A DNA stretch of 59,754 bases, from contig CAIUAY010000034.1 in the NCBI GenBank assembly GCA_903897335.1, positions 1 through 59,754 on the forward strand. Reading direction: 5' to 3'. Below the pieces are notes generated by a model. That model did no database searches and was not told where the DNA came from. It saw nothing but the letters and a program-made list of their open reading frames with translations. Below, one piece after another: positions 8,326 through 19,487 of this stretch (positions are counted from its first letter, which is position 1; every line of letters starts with the position of its first letter). Origin of the DNA: an uncultured Chromatium sp. (GTDB lineage: Bacteria > Pseudomonadota > Gammaproteobacteria > Chromatiales > Chromatiaceae). The translations under genes were made by a program, and so were the position numbers.

Positions 8326-9930
8326 TCAGCCGATCTGACCGCTCGCTCGCTGGCCTTGAGTAAAATAGGCGCTCAGAAAATCGTCAAAACCCAGATTGTC
8401 GGCTGCTTCGATCGCCTGCTGCTGCCTGAGCGAATCACGCGCTAACTGATCGAATAACGCCTGATGTTCAGGATTGAGCGGAAGCCTCAGCAGCGTTTGA
8501 CGATGCTCCCCGGAGAAACGCTGCGCGAGTTCGCAGAAACCTTCGCGACGGTCGCGCATCATTTCCAGGATTTGCGCTGACGGGGTCAGTTCTGGATGTG
8601 TGATCTTTTCCTTCTGCCGCCGCAGATTGACGCTGCGCGGGCCATCTGCGGCACCGTCCAGCAGTTCGGCCACGGCTGCCATTCCATCCAAAATCTCGTC
8701 GGCCCACTGACTCAGCATGACGGGTTGGCGCTCATGCGCCAGATGAAGCCCGGACTTGCGGCCATGATGTGCCGTCAGAATCTGATTGGTGTCGATCTCG
8801 CGGCGTTCGGCTGCGCCAATGCGCGGACTGTCGAGGAGCAGACAGTCGAGCAGCAGCACCTCCAGAAACAGGAGCTGTTCGCTGCCAACACCCAATGGTT
8901 CAAACAGATTCACGTCCAGCGAGCGCAGTTCGACATAGCGAATTCCGCGACGACGCAGCGCCAGTGTCGGCTTTTCCAGCCAGTCCGTGACCTGTTTGGG
9001 GCGCACCGTGCTGTAGTACTCATTTTCAATCTGGAGCACATTGGCGTTGAGCTGTTCGTAGCGATTCCCGACCTTGACCCCGATGTTTTCATATTGCGGG
9101 CAGGGTGTCTGAATCGCCCAGGTGAGACTGCGAACATAGGAATCCAGACTGTCGTAATTGGCCTTGATGCCGGTACCTTCCTCCTGCTTGTTCTGATAGC
9201 CAATATCACCCATCCGCAATGATGTCGCGTCAGGCAGATACAGTGTGTCGTCATCAAAGCGCTGGAGTTCGGTCGCCCTTCCCTGCACGAAGCTGGCACA
9301 CACCGCTGGCGACGCGCCAAACAGATAGGGGACGAGCCAGCCTCGGCGTTGCAGGTTGCGGATCATGTCCATCTGCGCTTCAGAACGAAATCCAAGCGGT
9401 TCACCCGCGTCCGCCTCATGCGTCTGATAGCGTTCCCAGAATGTTTCCGCAAACGAGAAATTAAAATGCACCCCAGCAATCAGCTGCATGGTGCGTCCGT
9501 AACGGTTGCCCAGACCGCGCCGATAGACGGTTTTCATGGTCGCCGCGTTGGATGTCCCGTAATGTGCCAGCGGGATGTTCTGTCCCGTTTCCAGGGCGCA
9601 GGGCATGCTGGTCGTCCAGAGCCGTTCATCCCCAAGATGCCGGTAAACGTACCCGTGGATGTCCTGCAAAAACGCCAGTGCCGCCGTGCTGGTGTTGAGC
9701 GGCGGGGTAATCAGCTCGACCAGTGCCTCTGAAAAGTCCGTGGTCATGTACGGATGGCACAGCGCTGCGCCCAGTGCCATCGGGTGCGGCGTGGCAGCGA
9801 GCCTGCCGCTCGGCGACACGCGCAGCGATTCTTTTTCCAGTCCAATACGGTTATCCGCAAAGAGGCTGGCACCACCGTCGGCCACCAGCCTCTGGATGCG
9901 CTGGTGTCGTCTTGTCTGCGGATCGTCCAA
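8326..9930 (-). CDS. gshA: Glutamate--cysteine ligase
   Basis: GLEKESLR, TTDFSEALVELIT, GVHFNFS, QIENEYY and YVELRSLD motifs. Confidence 0.96.
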   Translation of the reverse strand: MDDPQTRRHQRIQRLVADGGASLFADNRIGLEKESLRVSPSGRLAATPHPMALGAALCHPYMTTDFSEALVELITPPLNTSTAALAFLQDIHGYVYRHLGDERLWTTSMPCALETGQNIPLAHYGTSNAATMKTVYRRGLGNRYGRTMQLIAGVHFNFSFAETFWERYQTHEADAGEPLGFRSEAQMDMIRNLQRRGWLVPYLFGASPAVCASFVQGRATELQRFDDDTLYLPDATSLRMGDIGYQNKQEEGTGIKANYDSLDSYVRSLTWAIQTPCPQYENIGVKVGNRYEQLNANVLQIENEYYSTVRPKQVTDWLEKPTLALRRRGIRYVELRSLDVNLFEPLGVGSEQLLFLEVLLLDCLLLDSPRIGAAERREIDTNQILTAHHGRKSGLHLAHERQPVMLSQWADEILDGMAAVAELLDGAADGPRSVNLRRQKEKITHPELTPSAQILEMMRDRREGFCELAQRFSGEHRQTLLRLPLNPEHQALFDQLARDSLRQQQAIEAADNLGFDDFLSAYFTQGQRASGQIG

Positions 9931-9932
9931 TC

Positions 9933-12050
9933 TCAGTTCCTCGTGACAGACTGATCCCTGGTGACCATCCGGGTCTGGCGCTCGCGTTCCAGCAGGATGT
10001 CATCAATCAAGATGCGCGCGGCTTCATCAATCTCAATGCGCGAGATGACTTTACTCTGTGCTTCGAGCGCCGTCTCATCGACATGATCGGCGTCATCATC
10101 CACGGGCGTGACGCCCATCGCTCGCAGATAATGATCCCGATCATCCTTGAATGCGCGTTCAAGACGTTGATCTTCGGCACGGCGCTCGCTTTCGCGCAGC
10201 GAGACCTGGGTCTGCGTTTCACTGTCGCGCAGCAATTTGCTGCGTTCAGTTAGCATTTTGAATCCGGCATCCTGGGCGACCCGCGCGGCAGACTGGCGTG
10301 CCAGCAGATCCAGCCCAGGCAAATCCACATGCTGATAGCTGGCGGGCTTGATCTGCGTCCAGGGCAAGGCATTATCGAGCGAGCGTTCGCCGTGTTCGGA
10401 GAGATAGTTGGCAGATGGAAAACGGATGTCGGGAGTCACTCCACGCAGCTGCGTACTGCCACCACTGATCCTGAAAAACTCGGCCATGGTCAGGCGCAGC
10501 CGTCCAAGATCCTTCCGCTCGCCCGGAACGTAACGGTTGAGATCGATCAGGGTTTGCACCGTTCCCTTGCCAAAGGTTGGCTCGCCGATGATGAGGCCGC
10601 GCCCGTAGTCCTGGATCGCGGCAGTGAAGATCTCGGAAGAGGATGCGCTGTCACGATCAACCAGAACAGCCAGGGGGCCTGCATAGACCACACCGGGATC
10701 CGTGTCCGCTTCGACTTCGACCTTGCCGAAGGCATCCTTGACCTGAACCACCGGGCCATGATCGATGAACAATCCGGTGAGCGAGGTAGCCTCGGTCAGT
10801 GAACCGCCGCCATTGCCGCGCAGATCAATCAGGATGCCATCGACGTTCTGCGCCTGGAGACCTTCGATCAGACGTCGCACGTCGCGGGTGGTGCTCCGAA
10901 AATCCTGATTGCCCGATCCCTCGGCATCAAAATCACGATAGAAAGCCGGGATCTCGATGACCCCAATCTTGAGCTCCGGGTTGTTCGCAAGGTGATCGAC
11001 GACAAAGCTCTTGGCGGCCTGGTCTTCGAGCTTGATTTCGTTGCGCACGAGGGTGATTTCGCGGGCGCGTCCGGTGGCACCAGTTGCTTTTGACAACATT
11101 TGAAGACGCACGACCGAGCCTTTCGGCCCCCGGATTTTGTCAACCACGTCTTCCAGTCGCCAGCCGACGACATCTTCCATGGTGCCATCAAGCCCCTGAG
11201 CCACGCCGACGATCTGGTCACCCGCATGGATCTGGCCGGATTCACGCGCTGGTCCACCGGGTACCGTGCTTTGCACGACAGTCAGTTCATTGTCGCCACG
11301 CAGCACCGCGCCGATGCCTTCAAGCGACAGTTTCATGCTGATGTCAAAATTTTTAGACGTGTCCGGCGACATGAAACTGGTATGCGGTTCCACGGCTTGG
11401 GTATAGGCATTCATGAAGGTCTGAAAAACATCTTCGGCATTGAACTGATTGATGCGTCGCGCTAGCCCTTCATAACGCTTGAGCAAACGCTCGCGAATCT
11501 CGGTGTCTGACTTGTCGGCCAGCCGCAGCGTGAGAAAATCATTCATCACCCGCTTGCGCCAGATCTCATCGAGCTCGGCGCTGTCCTTGATCCAGTGGGC
11601 ATCAGTCGGCTTGAAGGCATAGAATTCGGCGCGGCTGAAATCGAACTTGCCGTTCAGAAGTTTGATCGCCTGTGTCACGCGCTCATCGACGCGCATCCGG
11701 TAGACCCGAAAGATATCGAAAGCGATATCCAGGTCGCCACGACGCAGACTGTCATCGAGATGACGGGCACCGTTCTCGAACCGCTCGATGTCGTGTGCGA
11801 GGAAAAACGCATGATTAGGGTCAAGTGCTTCAAGATATTTTTTCAGCACGCCCTGTGCAAAGGTACTGTCGAGGGTGACTTTACGATAGTGATAACGCTC
11901 CAGCACCTTGTTGATGACAATGGCTGATTTCGTCAGCTCTGGACTCGGAAAGAGTTCGGAAAGCGATACCGGATGCGGCGTCGCCAGGCTGACGGCGGTC
12001 GCCAGGAGCAGGGAAAGCATCAATAGCAAGCGGGACATGCGCAGTTTCAT
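9933..12050 (-). CDS. prc: Carboxy-terminal processing protease (Prc/Tsp, S41) with PDZ domain
   Basis: Signal peptide; LEGIGA, IRGPKGS, DLRGNGGGSL, SASSSEI and TFGKGTVQ motifs. Confidence 0.93.
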   Translation of the reverse strand: MKLRMSRLLLMLSLLLATAVSLATPHPVSLSELFPSPELTKSAIVINKVLERYHYRKVTLDSTFAQGVLKKYLEALDPNHAFFLAHDIERFENGARHLDDSLRRGDLDIAFDIFRVYRMRVDERVTQAIKLLNGKFDFSRAEFYAFKPTDAHWIKDSAELDEIWRKRVMNDFLTLRLADKSDTEIRERLLKRYEGLARRINQFNAEDVFQTFMNAYTQAVEPHTSFMSPDTSKNFDISMKLSLEGIGAVLRGDNELTVVQSTVPGGPARESGQIHAGDQIVGVAQGLDGTMEDVVGWRLEDVVDKIRGPKGSVVRLQMLSKATGATGRAREITLVRNEIKLEDQAAKSFVVDHLANNPELKIGVIEIPAFYRDFDAEGSGNQDFRSTTRDVRRLIEGLQAQNVDGILIDLRGNGGGSLTEATSLTGLFIDHGPVVQVKDAFGKVEVEADTDPGVVYAGPLAVLVDRDSASSSEIFTAAIQDYGRGLIIGEPTFGKGTVQTLIDLNRYVPGERKDLGRLRLTMAEFFRISGGSTQLRGVTPDIRFPSANYLSEHGERSLDNALPWTQIKPASYQHVDLPGLDLLARQSAARVAQDAGFKMLTERSKLLRDSETQTQVSLRESERRAEDQRLERAFKDDRDHYLRAMGVTPVDDDADHVDETALEAQSKVISRIEIDEAARILIDDILLERERQTRMVTRDQSVTRN

Positions 12051-12099
12051 CGGCTGTTCTCGAGCGATTCACGGAAAAATAGGCGGCGTGCAGACGGGA

Positions 12100-12603
12100 T
12101 TAGTGTGTGTAGATTTTGCGTCGATAGAGATCGGTGCGGCGGCTGATCACACGATCCACGAAGAGCAGTCCATCGAGATGATCAAGTTCATGCTGAACCG
12201 CCCGTGCTTCATAGCCTTCCATGTCGAATTCCAGGATCTGGCCAGCAGCGTCCTGAGCCTTGAGATGGATGCTGGTCGCACGAATGACATTGCCGGTGTA
12301 ATCCGGCACCGAGAGACAGCCTTCGCGCCCAATCGCAGAACCATCCCAGTGCGTGATATCTGGATTGATCAGCACCAGGTGCCCGTGATTTGGCGTCTTG
12401 GGTCGTCCTGACACATCGACGATCACGATGCGCTGGCTGCGTCCAACCTGGGTTGCCGCAATGCCAACGGCAGCCGGGCCATTCAGGCGCGTGGCTTCCA
12501 GGTCGGCGAGAAAGGCAAGCAGGTCATCGTCGAAGCGTTCGACAGACGCCGCCACCCGCTTGAGCCGGGGATCGGGGAGTTTGAGAATATCCAGGATGGC
12601 CAT
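12100..12603 (-). CDS. def: Peptide deformylase
   Basis: VGIAATQVG, EGCLS and QHELDHLDG motifs. Confidence 0.95.
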   Translation of the reverse strand: MAILDILKLPDPRLKRVAASVERFDDDLLAFLADLEATRLNGPAAVGIAATQVGRSQRIVIVDVSGRPKTPNHGHLVLINPDITHWDGSAIGREGCLSVPDYTGNVIRATSIHLKAQDAAGQILEFDMEGYEARAVQHELDHLDGLLFVDRVISRRTDLYRRKIYTH

Positions 12604-12606
12604 CAG

Positions 12607-13128
12607 TCAACCAATCAGAATGTCAACAGGTGCGACAGCGACGGCTACGCCCTGACTGACCAGCGGTGCGAGAGCCGATTCAAGCGTTTCCAGTGTTTCG
12701 GCACAGAAACCTTGAATGTGCATGAGATAGATCGGATGTTGCAGGTCGCCTGCGACATCGGATTCAAGCTCCAGGATGTTGAAGCCATGTGCGCTTAAAA
12801 TATCGGTCACGTCGGCAACTATGCCAGCACGATCCGCGCCGGTGACATGAACCTGAAAGTTTGGCGCCAGATGCTGGTGCAGTCCGCCAGTCAGTTGATC
12901 CAGATGCATCCGCAGCCCAAGTTCCTCGGCAAGGGGCGTCAGCACAGCCAAAATCTCAGGAGCGGCGCTGTGGCTTCTAACCATCAGCATGATGGTAAAG
13001 CTGCCGCCGAGTCGAATCATCGACGCCTCGCCGAGATGACAGTCAATGTCGTAAAGCGCGCGTGTCACCCGCGAGACGATTCCTGGGCGGTCGGTACCCA
13101 CCAGGGTTAGCATATTCCAGTCAGGCAT
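12607..13128 (-). CDS. Tandem ACT-domain protein (GcvR-like)
   Basis: Two ACT repeats: GTDRPGIV and GADRAGIV. Confidence 0.85.
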   Translation of the reverse strand: MPDWNMLTLVGTDRPGIVSRVTRALYDIDCHLGEASMIRLGGSFTIMLMVRSHSAAPEILAVLTPLAEELGLRMHLDQLTGGLHQHLAPNFQVHVTGADRAGIVADVTDILSAHGFNILELESDVAGDLQHPIYLMHIQGFCAETLETLESALAPLVSQGVAVAVAPVDILIG

Positions 13129-13220
13129 CGTGATGAATCTCGATCTTAGTCGTGGTCAATGATCAGGCCGCGTGTCATGCCTGATGCGTTCTCAAGGTTT
13201 CTCTGGTTGGCGTCTGGATC

Positions 13221-13988
13221 TCAGACGTCTTCAGTAAGCCAGATCAGGCTGGCCATGCGTCCGGTCACGCCATCACGACGGTAAGAAAAAAACCGCTGTG
13301 GCTGCGAAACGGTGCAGTCTCCACCGCCATAGATCCGTTCGATTCCAAGTCGTGACAGACGTTGACGCGCTAACGCAAACAGATCGGCGCACCAGCCATC
13401 CGGTGACGGATGCGCCGCTTCGGTGGACGGGTGGCGGCAGAAGGCGAATGCCGCGTCTGCATCCGCCGCGATAAAGCGTTCACGCACCTCGTCGCCGACC
13501 GCAAACGCCGCAGACCCAATCGCAGGCCCCAGCCAGACGAGCAGACGCTCCGGCGCCATCCCCAGCGCCGCCACGGCAGACTCCACCACGCCATCAACCA
13601 GACCGCGCCAACCGGCATGGACAGCGGCGACACAGGTTCCACGGTCATCGCAGATCAATAACGGCAGACAGTCGGCAGTCATGACCGCGCAGACCGTGCC
13701 TGGAACCCCAGACACCGCGCCATCGGCGTCATGGCACAAATGATTGTGTCTATGATCGACGCGCAGAATCGAGCAACCATGCACCTGACGCAACCAGCAC
13801 GGCGCGGACGGAAGTCCTAGTGCGGTCTGGAGACGGGCACGGTTTGCCGCGACGCAGACCGGATCATCACCAACATGATCGCCTAGATTGAAGCTCGCAA
13901 ACACGCCTTGGCTGACACCGCCAATTCGTGTTGTCGAGATAGCCCGCACTCCCGGAGGAGATGGCCAGTCAGGCCGGATTAGTTCCAA
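13221..13988 (-). CDS. pgeF: Peptidoglycan editing factor / purine nucleoside phosphorylase (YfiH)
   Basis: QVHG, TADCLP, HAGWRG and FFSYRR motifs; TTG start at 13988 behind AGGAGG. Confidence 0.93.
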   Translation of the reverse strand: MELIRPDWPSPPGVRAISTTRIGGVSQGVFASFNLGDHVGDDPVCVAANRARLQTALGLPSAPCWLRQVHGCSILRVDHRHNHLCHDADGAVSGVPGTVCAVMTADCLPLLICDDRGTCVAAVHAGWRGLVDGVVESAVAALGMAPERLLVWLGPAIGSAAFAVGDEVRERFIAADADAAFAFCRHPSTEAAHPSPDGWCADLFALARQRLSRLGIERIYGGGDCTVSQPQRFFSYRRDGVTGRMASLIWLTEDV

Positions 13989-14943
13989 GCGTTCCCTCCT
14001 GACGAAACAGATCCAGCAACTCAAGCATGTCCGTGGCCATGGGGATCTCCCAGACCATCTGGCTTCCGGTGGCCGGATGCGCCAATTCCAGACGGATCGC
14101 ATGGAGCGCCTGACGTGGGAAGGATTGTAATCCAGCCGTCAGCCCGAAGGAGCCGCCGCGTGGTGGTCGTGGTCGTCCACCATACGTGCGGTCACCAACG
14201 AGTGGATGATGCAGATGCGCCATGTGAACCCGAATCTGGTGGGTACGCCCAGTTTCCAGTTCAATGCCCAGTAAGACATGACCGGCATAACGCTCCAGCA
14301 CACGGTAATGTGTCACCGCTGGACGTCCATGAGGCACGACAGCCATCCGGGTGCGCTGGGTGGGATGCCGCCCGACTGGCGCCTCGATGCGTCCGCCTGC
14401 AACCAGTTCGCCCACCACCAGCGCGCGATATTCGCGGTGTACCTTCCTGCTCTGGAGTTGCTCAACAAGCGACTTGTGGGCGGCAAGGGTTCGCGCCACC
14501 ACCAGCAGTCCGGTGGTGTCCTTGTCCAGCCGGTGGACGATGCCAGCGCGTGGAATCGTTGCCAGATCAGGGGCATGATGCAGCAGCGCATTCTGAAGCG
14601 TACCATCCGGGTTGCCGGCTGCCGGATGCACCACCAGCCCCGCAGGCTTGTTGATCACGAGCAGGTGCGCATCCTCGTAGACCAGATCCAGCGCAATGTT
14701 CTGAGCGGCGCAGGCATCGCTGATCACAAGCCGTGCATCGAGCTGGATGCGGTCGCCACCCCAGACCCGGTCACGGCAGCGGCGCGTGGCGTCATTGACA
14801 CGCACCTGTCCGCATTCGATCCACTGCTGGAGACGACTGCGCGAAAATTCCGGCAGGAGCGCCGCCAGCGCCTGATCGAGACGTGCCCCGGAAAGCGCCG
14901 GATCAACCTCAACTGAGCGTCGCACGTTGGTCGTATTCGTCAT
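13969..14943 (-). CDS. rluD: 23S rRNA pseudouridine synthase D
   Basis: S4 domain, NKPAGLVVHP, HRLDKDTTG and GRTHQIRVH motifs; divergent from bamD. Confidence 0.96.
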   Translation of the reverse strand: MTNTTNVRRSVEVDPALSGARLDQALAALLPEFSRSRLQQWIECGQVRVNDATRRCRDRVWGGDRIQLDARLVISDACAAQNIALDLVYEDAHLLVINKPAGLVVHPAAGNPDGTLQNALLHHAPDLATIPRAGIVHRLDKDTTGLLVVARTLAAHKSLVEQLQSRKVHREYRALVVGELVAGGRIEAPVGRHPTQRTRMAVVPHGRPAVTHYRVLERYAGHVLLGIELETGRTHQIRVHMAHLHHPLVGDRTYGGRPRPPRGGSFGLTAGLQSFPRQALHAIRLELAHPATGSQMVWEIPMATDMLELLDLFRQEGTLGTNPA

Positions 14944-15102
14944 CAGGAACCAGTCCGACATCCAGAATGCCGTGAAGACCATTTGGAGGCATGTCGATGA
15001 TTGCCCGCCATGCGATCTGGCGTGGACAGACGCGATTGCCACGCACCACGACGGCACCCTTCGGGTATACTGCGCATGATTTGAAACAGGTATCCTTGAG
15101 TC

Positions 15103-15930
15103 ATGCCACGAACGTTAACACGACTGCCCGTGCTGTTGCTTGTTGTCGCGCTTGTCGGCTGTGGAATTTTTGGCAAGGACATCGACCGCACCGAAGGCTG
15201 GAGCGCCGCCAAGCTCTATGCCGAGGCGGCCTCCGATCTTGATGCCGGCAACTATGTCCGAGCCATCGAACTCTACGAAAAGCTGGAAGCGCGTTACCCT
15301 TTTGGGCGCTATGCCATGCAGGCTCAGCTCGACACCGCCTACGCGAACTACCGGGCTGAAAATCCCGAAGCCGCCATCGCCGCAGCGGATCGGTTCATCA
15401 AGCTCTATCCGCAAAGCCCCTTTGTTGACTATGCCTATTACCTTAAGGGAATCGTCAACTACAATCGCAGCATTGGTTTTCTGGATCGTTACATCCCGAT
15501 CGACCCATCGCAGCGCGATCCGGGTTCAGCCCTTGATGCGTTCACCGATTTTTCCGCGCTGGTCGAGCGGTTTCCTGACAGCAAATATGCTGAAGATGCC
15601 CGTCAGCGGATGCTCTATCTACGCAACAATCTGGCTCAGCATGAGGTTAATGTCGCACGTTATTACATGCAGCGTGGCGCCTATCTGGCGGCAGTCAATC
15701 GTGCCAATTATGTGATCGAGCGTTTTCAACGCACCAGTGCCGTGCAGCACGCGTTGGAAATCCTCATTGCTGCCTATCAGGCACTGGACAAGCCTGAATT
15801 GGCCGCTGATGCAAAACGGGTGCTCGACCTGAACCGTCAGGCCGGACGCTTCATCAAGGAAGAGGTTAAACCGGAAGACGCGACACTGGTTCGCCAGTTA
15901 TGGGATTACCTCAAACTCGACGAAGGTTAA
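15103..15930 (+). CDS. bamD: Outer membrane assembly lipoprotein BamD
   Basis: Lipobox LVGC, TPR helices, DYAYYLKG and FPDSKYA motifs; canonical position next to rluD. Confidence 0.95.
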   Translation: MPRTLTRLPVLLLVVALVGCGIFGKDIDRTEGWSAAKLYAEAASDLDAGNYVRAIELYEKLEARYPFGRYAMQAQLDTAYANYRAENPEAAIAAADRFIKLYPQSPFVDYAYYLKGIVNYNRSIGFLDRYIPIDPSQRDPGSALDAFTDFSALVERFPDSKYAEDARQRMLYLRNNLAQHEVNVARYYMQRGAYLAAVNRANYVIERFQRTSAVQHALEILIAAYQALDKPELAADAKRVLDLNRQAGRFIKEEVKPEDATLVRQLWDYLKLDEG

Positions 15931-16003
15931 TGGATTCTTTCTGAAGCGGCTTCCGAAGCGGACACCAGAAATCAGCGCATAGGCAACCCGGTTTCAAAAC
16001 GTC

Positions 16004-16399
<396 letters not shown>

Positions 16400-16465
16400 C
16401 TAAGACTGAAAGTATAAGTTCACAATCCGGTGATGAACAGCGACATCGACTACCGCCAGCGGTGG

Positions 16466-18073
16466 TTAAAAGCCACTGGTCATCGGATAGCGACGGTCTC
16501 GCCCGAATGCACGTTGCGAGATGCGCACTCCGGGAGGCGACTGGCGGCGCTTGTATTCATTGCGATCAACCAACCGCGTCACCCGACGCACCACGTCTTC
16601 TGGATAGCCCCGGCTGACGATGCGCTCAACACACTCATCGTCCTCAATATAGAGCCGCAGAATGACATCCAGTACTTCATAGGGTGGCAGGCTGTCCTGA
16701 TCGGTCTGATCCGGTCGCAGTTCTGCCGAGGGTGGCCGTGTCAGCACCCGCTCCGGAATGACCGACGAACGCTGATTGCGGTAATGTGCCAGCGCATAGA
16801 CCAGCATCTTGGGGACATCCTTGATTGGCGCGAAGCCTCCAGCCATGTCGCCATAGAGCGTGGCATAGCCGACAGCCATTTCGCTCTTGTTGCCAGTGGT
16901 TAGCAGGATGCGTTGCGTCTTGTTGCTGATCGCCATCAGAATGATCCCACGACACCGTGCCTGGATGTTTTCCTCCGTGACATCTACCGGCCGTCCCGAA
17001 AAAACCGGTTCCAGCATCGCCAAAAAGGTCTGAAAGGCCGGTTCGATCGGAATAACCTGAGTCGCCACGCCCAGCAGACGCGCCTGTTCGAGTGCATCCG
17101 TGTTGCTCATCTCAGCCGTGTAGCGCGATGGCATCAGCACGGCTTCCACTTGGCCTGCACCCAGCGCGTCCACCGCAATTGCCAGGGTTAGCGCCGAATC
17201 AACCCCGCCAGAAAGACCAAGCACAGCGCCTCTGAAACCATTCTTCTGCACATAATCACGTACTCCGAGCACCAGCGCCGCATAGATGGTTTCCAGCTCG
17301 CCAGTTGGTGCTTCCGGTAGTGGATTGATCGACACCGGCTGTCCTGCGGCATCACATTCAACCGTCAGCGCCGCCTCAATAAAACCCGGCGCACGGGCGA
17401 TGATCTGTCCGCTGCGATCCGCGGCAAAGGATGCGCCATCAAACACCAGTTCATCCTGTCCGCCGACCAGATTCGCGTAGACAATCGACATGCCGTGATC
17501 GCTCGCCCGTCGTGCTACCAGCGCCTCGCGTTCGGCGAGCTTGCCTGCATGAAAGGGCGATGCATTGAGATTCAGCAGGATCTGCGCACCGGCAGCGGCA
17601 GTCTGGCGCGTCGGCTCGTCATGCCAGATGTCCTCGCAGACGCTTAATCCGATCATCAGGCCGCGATGCGCGAACACTGTCGGCGTCGTGCCTGGCTGAA
17701 AATAGCGTTTTTCATCGAAGACGCTGTAATTTGGCAACTGCTGTTTCGCGTACTCGGCAATCACCGCGCCATCACGCAACACCCCGGCGACGTTGAAGAG
17801 ACCACCAACGGCCTGTCGCGGATAGCCCAACACCAGCGTGATGCCGCTGACCTCGGCACAGAGACGCTCCAGAGCTGCCTCGACCCGGCGCAGAAACTCC
17901 GGTCGCAGCAGCAGATCCTCCGGTGGATAGCCAGTCAGCGCCAGCTCTGGAAACACCACCAGATCCGCCCCGGCAGTTCGCGCCTGCGCCGATGCTGCGA
18001 TGATGCGCGTCGCATTTCCTGCGACATCGCCGACCAGTGGATTGATCTGTGCGATCTGGATAAGACATGCCAA
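16466..18073 (-). CDS. nadE: Glutamine-dependent NAD+ synthetase
   Basis: Nitrilase domain with E-K-C residues (FPEL, YAK, VCED) plus synthetase domain (SGGVDS, ENIQAR, TGNKSE). Confidence 0.96.
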   Translation of the reverse strand: MACLIQIAQINPLVGDVAGNATRIIAASAQARTAGADLVVFPELALTGYPPEDLLLRPEFLRRVEAALERLCAEVSGITLVLGYPRQAVGGLFNVAGVLRDGAVIAEYAKQQLPNYSVFDEKRYFQPGTTPTVFAHRGLMIGLSVCEDIWHDEPTRQTAAAGAQILLNLNASPFHAGKLAEREALVARRASDHGMSIVYANLVGGQDELVFDGASFAADRSGQIIARAPGFIEAALTVECDAAGQPVSINPLPEAPTGELETIYAALVLGVRDYVQKNGFRGAVLGLSGGVDSALTLAIAVDALGAGQVEAVLMPSRYTAEMSNTDALEQARLLGVATQVIPIEPAFQTFLAMLEPVFSGRPVDVTEENIQARCRGIILMAISNKTQRILLTTGNKSEMAVGYATLYGDMAGGFAPIKDVPKMLVYALAHYRNQRSSVIPERVLTRPPSAELRPDQTDQDSLPPYEVLDVILRLYIEDDECVERIVSRGYPEDVVRRVTRLVDRNEYKRRQSPPGVRISQRAFGRDRRYPMTSGF

Positions 18074-18142
18074 GATGGTTCACTCCACAAGCTAAACAAT
18101 GGAACTAGAGTGCTTTACGATTCTAACCAAGGAGTTGATCGC

Positions 18143-18592
18143 TCAGGATTCCGACTCCGGCAGCCAGTCTTCATTCAGGATCTGTGCAAGGTCATAGGGG
18201 CATCCAATCGGGAAGAGATGCAGATCCAGATCGGTTTCAATCACGACCTCACGCACCGACTTAGCATAGACTCTGGCAATGGCATCATCATCCAGTCGTG
18301 CTTTCAGGCTGGGCGACTCTTCCAGCAGGCGTTCAATCGCCGTGCGTTGATGACTGATCGTCAGCAGCCAGCTTCGGCCACGCCGTTCCGGCTGATACTG
18401 ATATTTCAGGAAATGCAGGAGCAGCACCTGCAAGCGGTTTAAAAGTTCCCGACGTTCGCTGGCGCTCATGCCTTCCAGCTCCTCGGCAATATGCTCGGCG
18501 TCCACCTGACTGAGCTGACCGGCGCGAAGCAATCGGGCGTTATGAATCGCCCAGGCATGAAAATCGGCGTCATAGGCCAGAATCTCAGTCAT
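18143..18592 (-). CDS. DUF29 family protein
   Basis: YDADFHAW, HIAEELEGM, LLHFLKYQYQP, SPSLK and CPY...ILNEDWLP pattern. Confidence 0.88.
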   Translation of the reverse strand: MTEILAYDADFHAWAIHNARLLRAGQLSQVDAEHIAEELEGMSASERRELLNRLQVLLLHFLKYQYQPERRGRSWLLTISHQRTAIERLLEESPSLKARLDDDAIARVYAKSVREVVIETDLDLHLFPIGCPYDLAQILNEDWLPESES

Positions 18593-18608
18593 GTTGCGCC
18601 CCGTATGA

Positions 18609-19487
18609 TTAGGTACTGCTTCGCAGCAACTCAGCCATTCGCACCCCCATCAAAGCCGGGGAGCGCACGGTCGCGACGCCTGCAGCATCCAGCGCGGCAT
18701 ATTTCCCCTCGGCGGTGCCCTGGCCGCCGGTGATGATGGCTCCGGCATGACCCATGCGTTTACCTGCGGGCGCAGTGATGCCAGCAATATAGGCGACGAC
18801 CGGTTTGGTCATCCGGGTCTGGATGAACGCTGCCGCCGACTCTTCGGCGCTGCCGCCGATCTCGCCGACCAGGATCACGCCATCCGTTCCGGCGTCCGCT
18901 TCGAACAGCGTCAGACAGTCAATAAAATTCAGACCGTGAATCGGATCGCCACCGATGCCGATGCAGGTACTCTGACCCAGACCGACATCAGTAGTCTGGA
19001 ACACCGCCTCGTAGGTCAGGGTGCCTGACCGCGAGACGATCCCGATGCACCCCGGTCGATGGATATGTCCCGGCATGATGCCGATCTTGCAGGCTCCCGG
19101 CGTGATGATGCCTGGACAGTTGGGGCCGATCAGCACACTCGAACTATTAGCCAACGCCGCCTTGACGCGCAGCATGTCGAGTACCGGGATGCCTTCAGTG
19201 ATGCAGACGATGACGGCAATTCCGGCATCCGCCGCCTCCAGAATGGCATCTGCGGCATAAGCCGCCGGGACATAGATCGTGGTCGCGTTGGCGCCGGTGG
19301 CACTGACCGCTGCATGAACGGTATCGAACAAGGGACGGTCGAGATGGCGCTGACCGCCCTTGCCGGGCGTGACGCCGCCGACCAGGTTAGTGCCGTAGGC
19401 GATGGCCTGCTCGCTGTGAAAGGTGCCCTGCCTGCCGGTGAATCCTTGACAGATCAGGCGGGTGCTGGAATCAATGAGGATACTCAT
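18609..19487 (-). CDS. sucD: Succinyl-CoA synthetase alpha subunit
   Basis: [20 protein letters not shown] and RMGHAG (phospho-His) motifs. Confidence 0.97.
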   Translation of the reverse strand: MSILIDSSTRLICQGFTGRQGTFHSEQAIAYGTNLVGGVTPGKGGQRHLDRPLFDTVHAAVSATGANATTIYVPAAYAADAILEAADAGIAVIVCITEGIPVLDMLRVKAALANSSSVLIGPNCPGIITPGACKIGIMPGHIHRPGCIGIVSRSGTLTYEAVFQTTDVGLGQSTCIGIGGDPIHGLNFIDCLTLFEADAGTDGVILVGEIGGSAEESAAAFIQTRMTKPVVAYIAGITAPAGKRMGHAGAIITGGQGTAEGKYAALDAAGVATVRSPALMGVRMAELLRSST

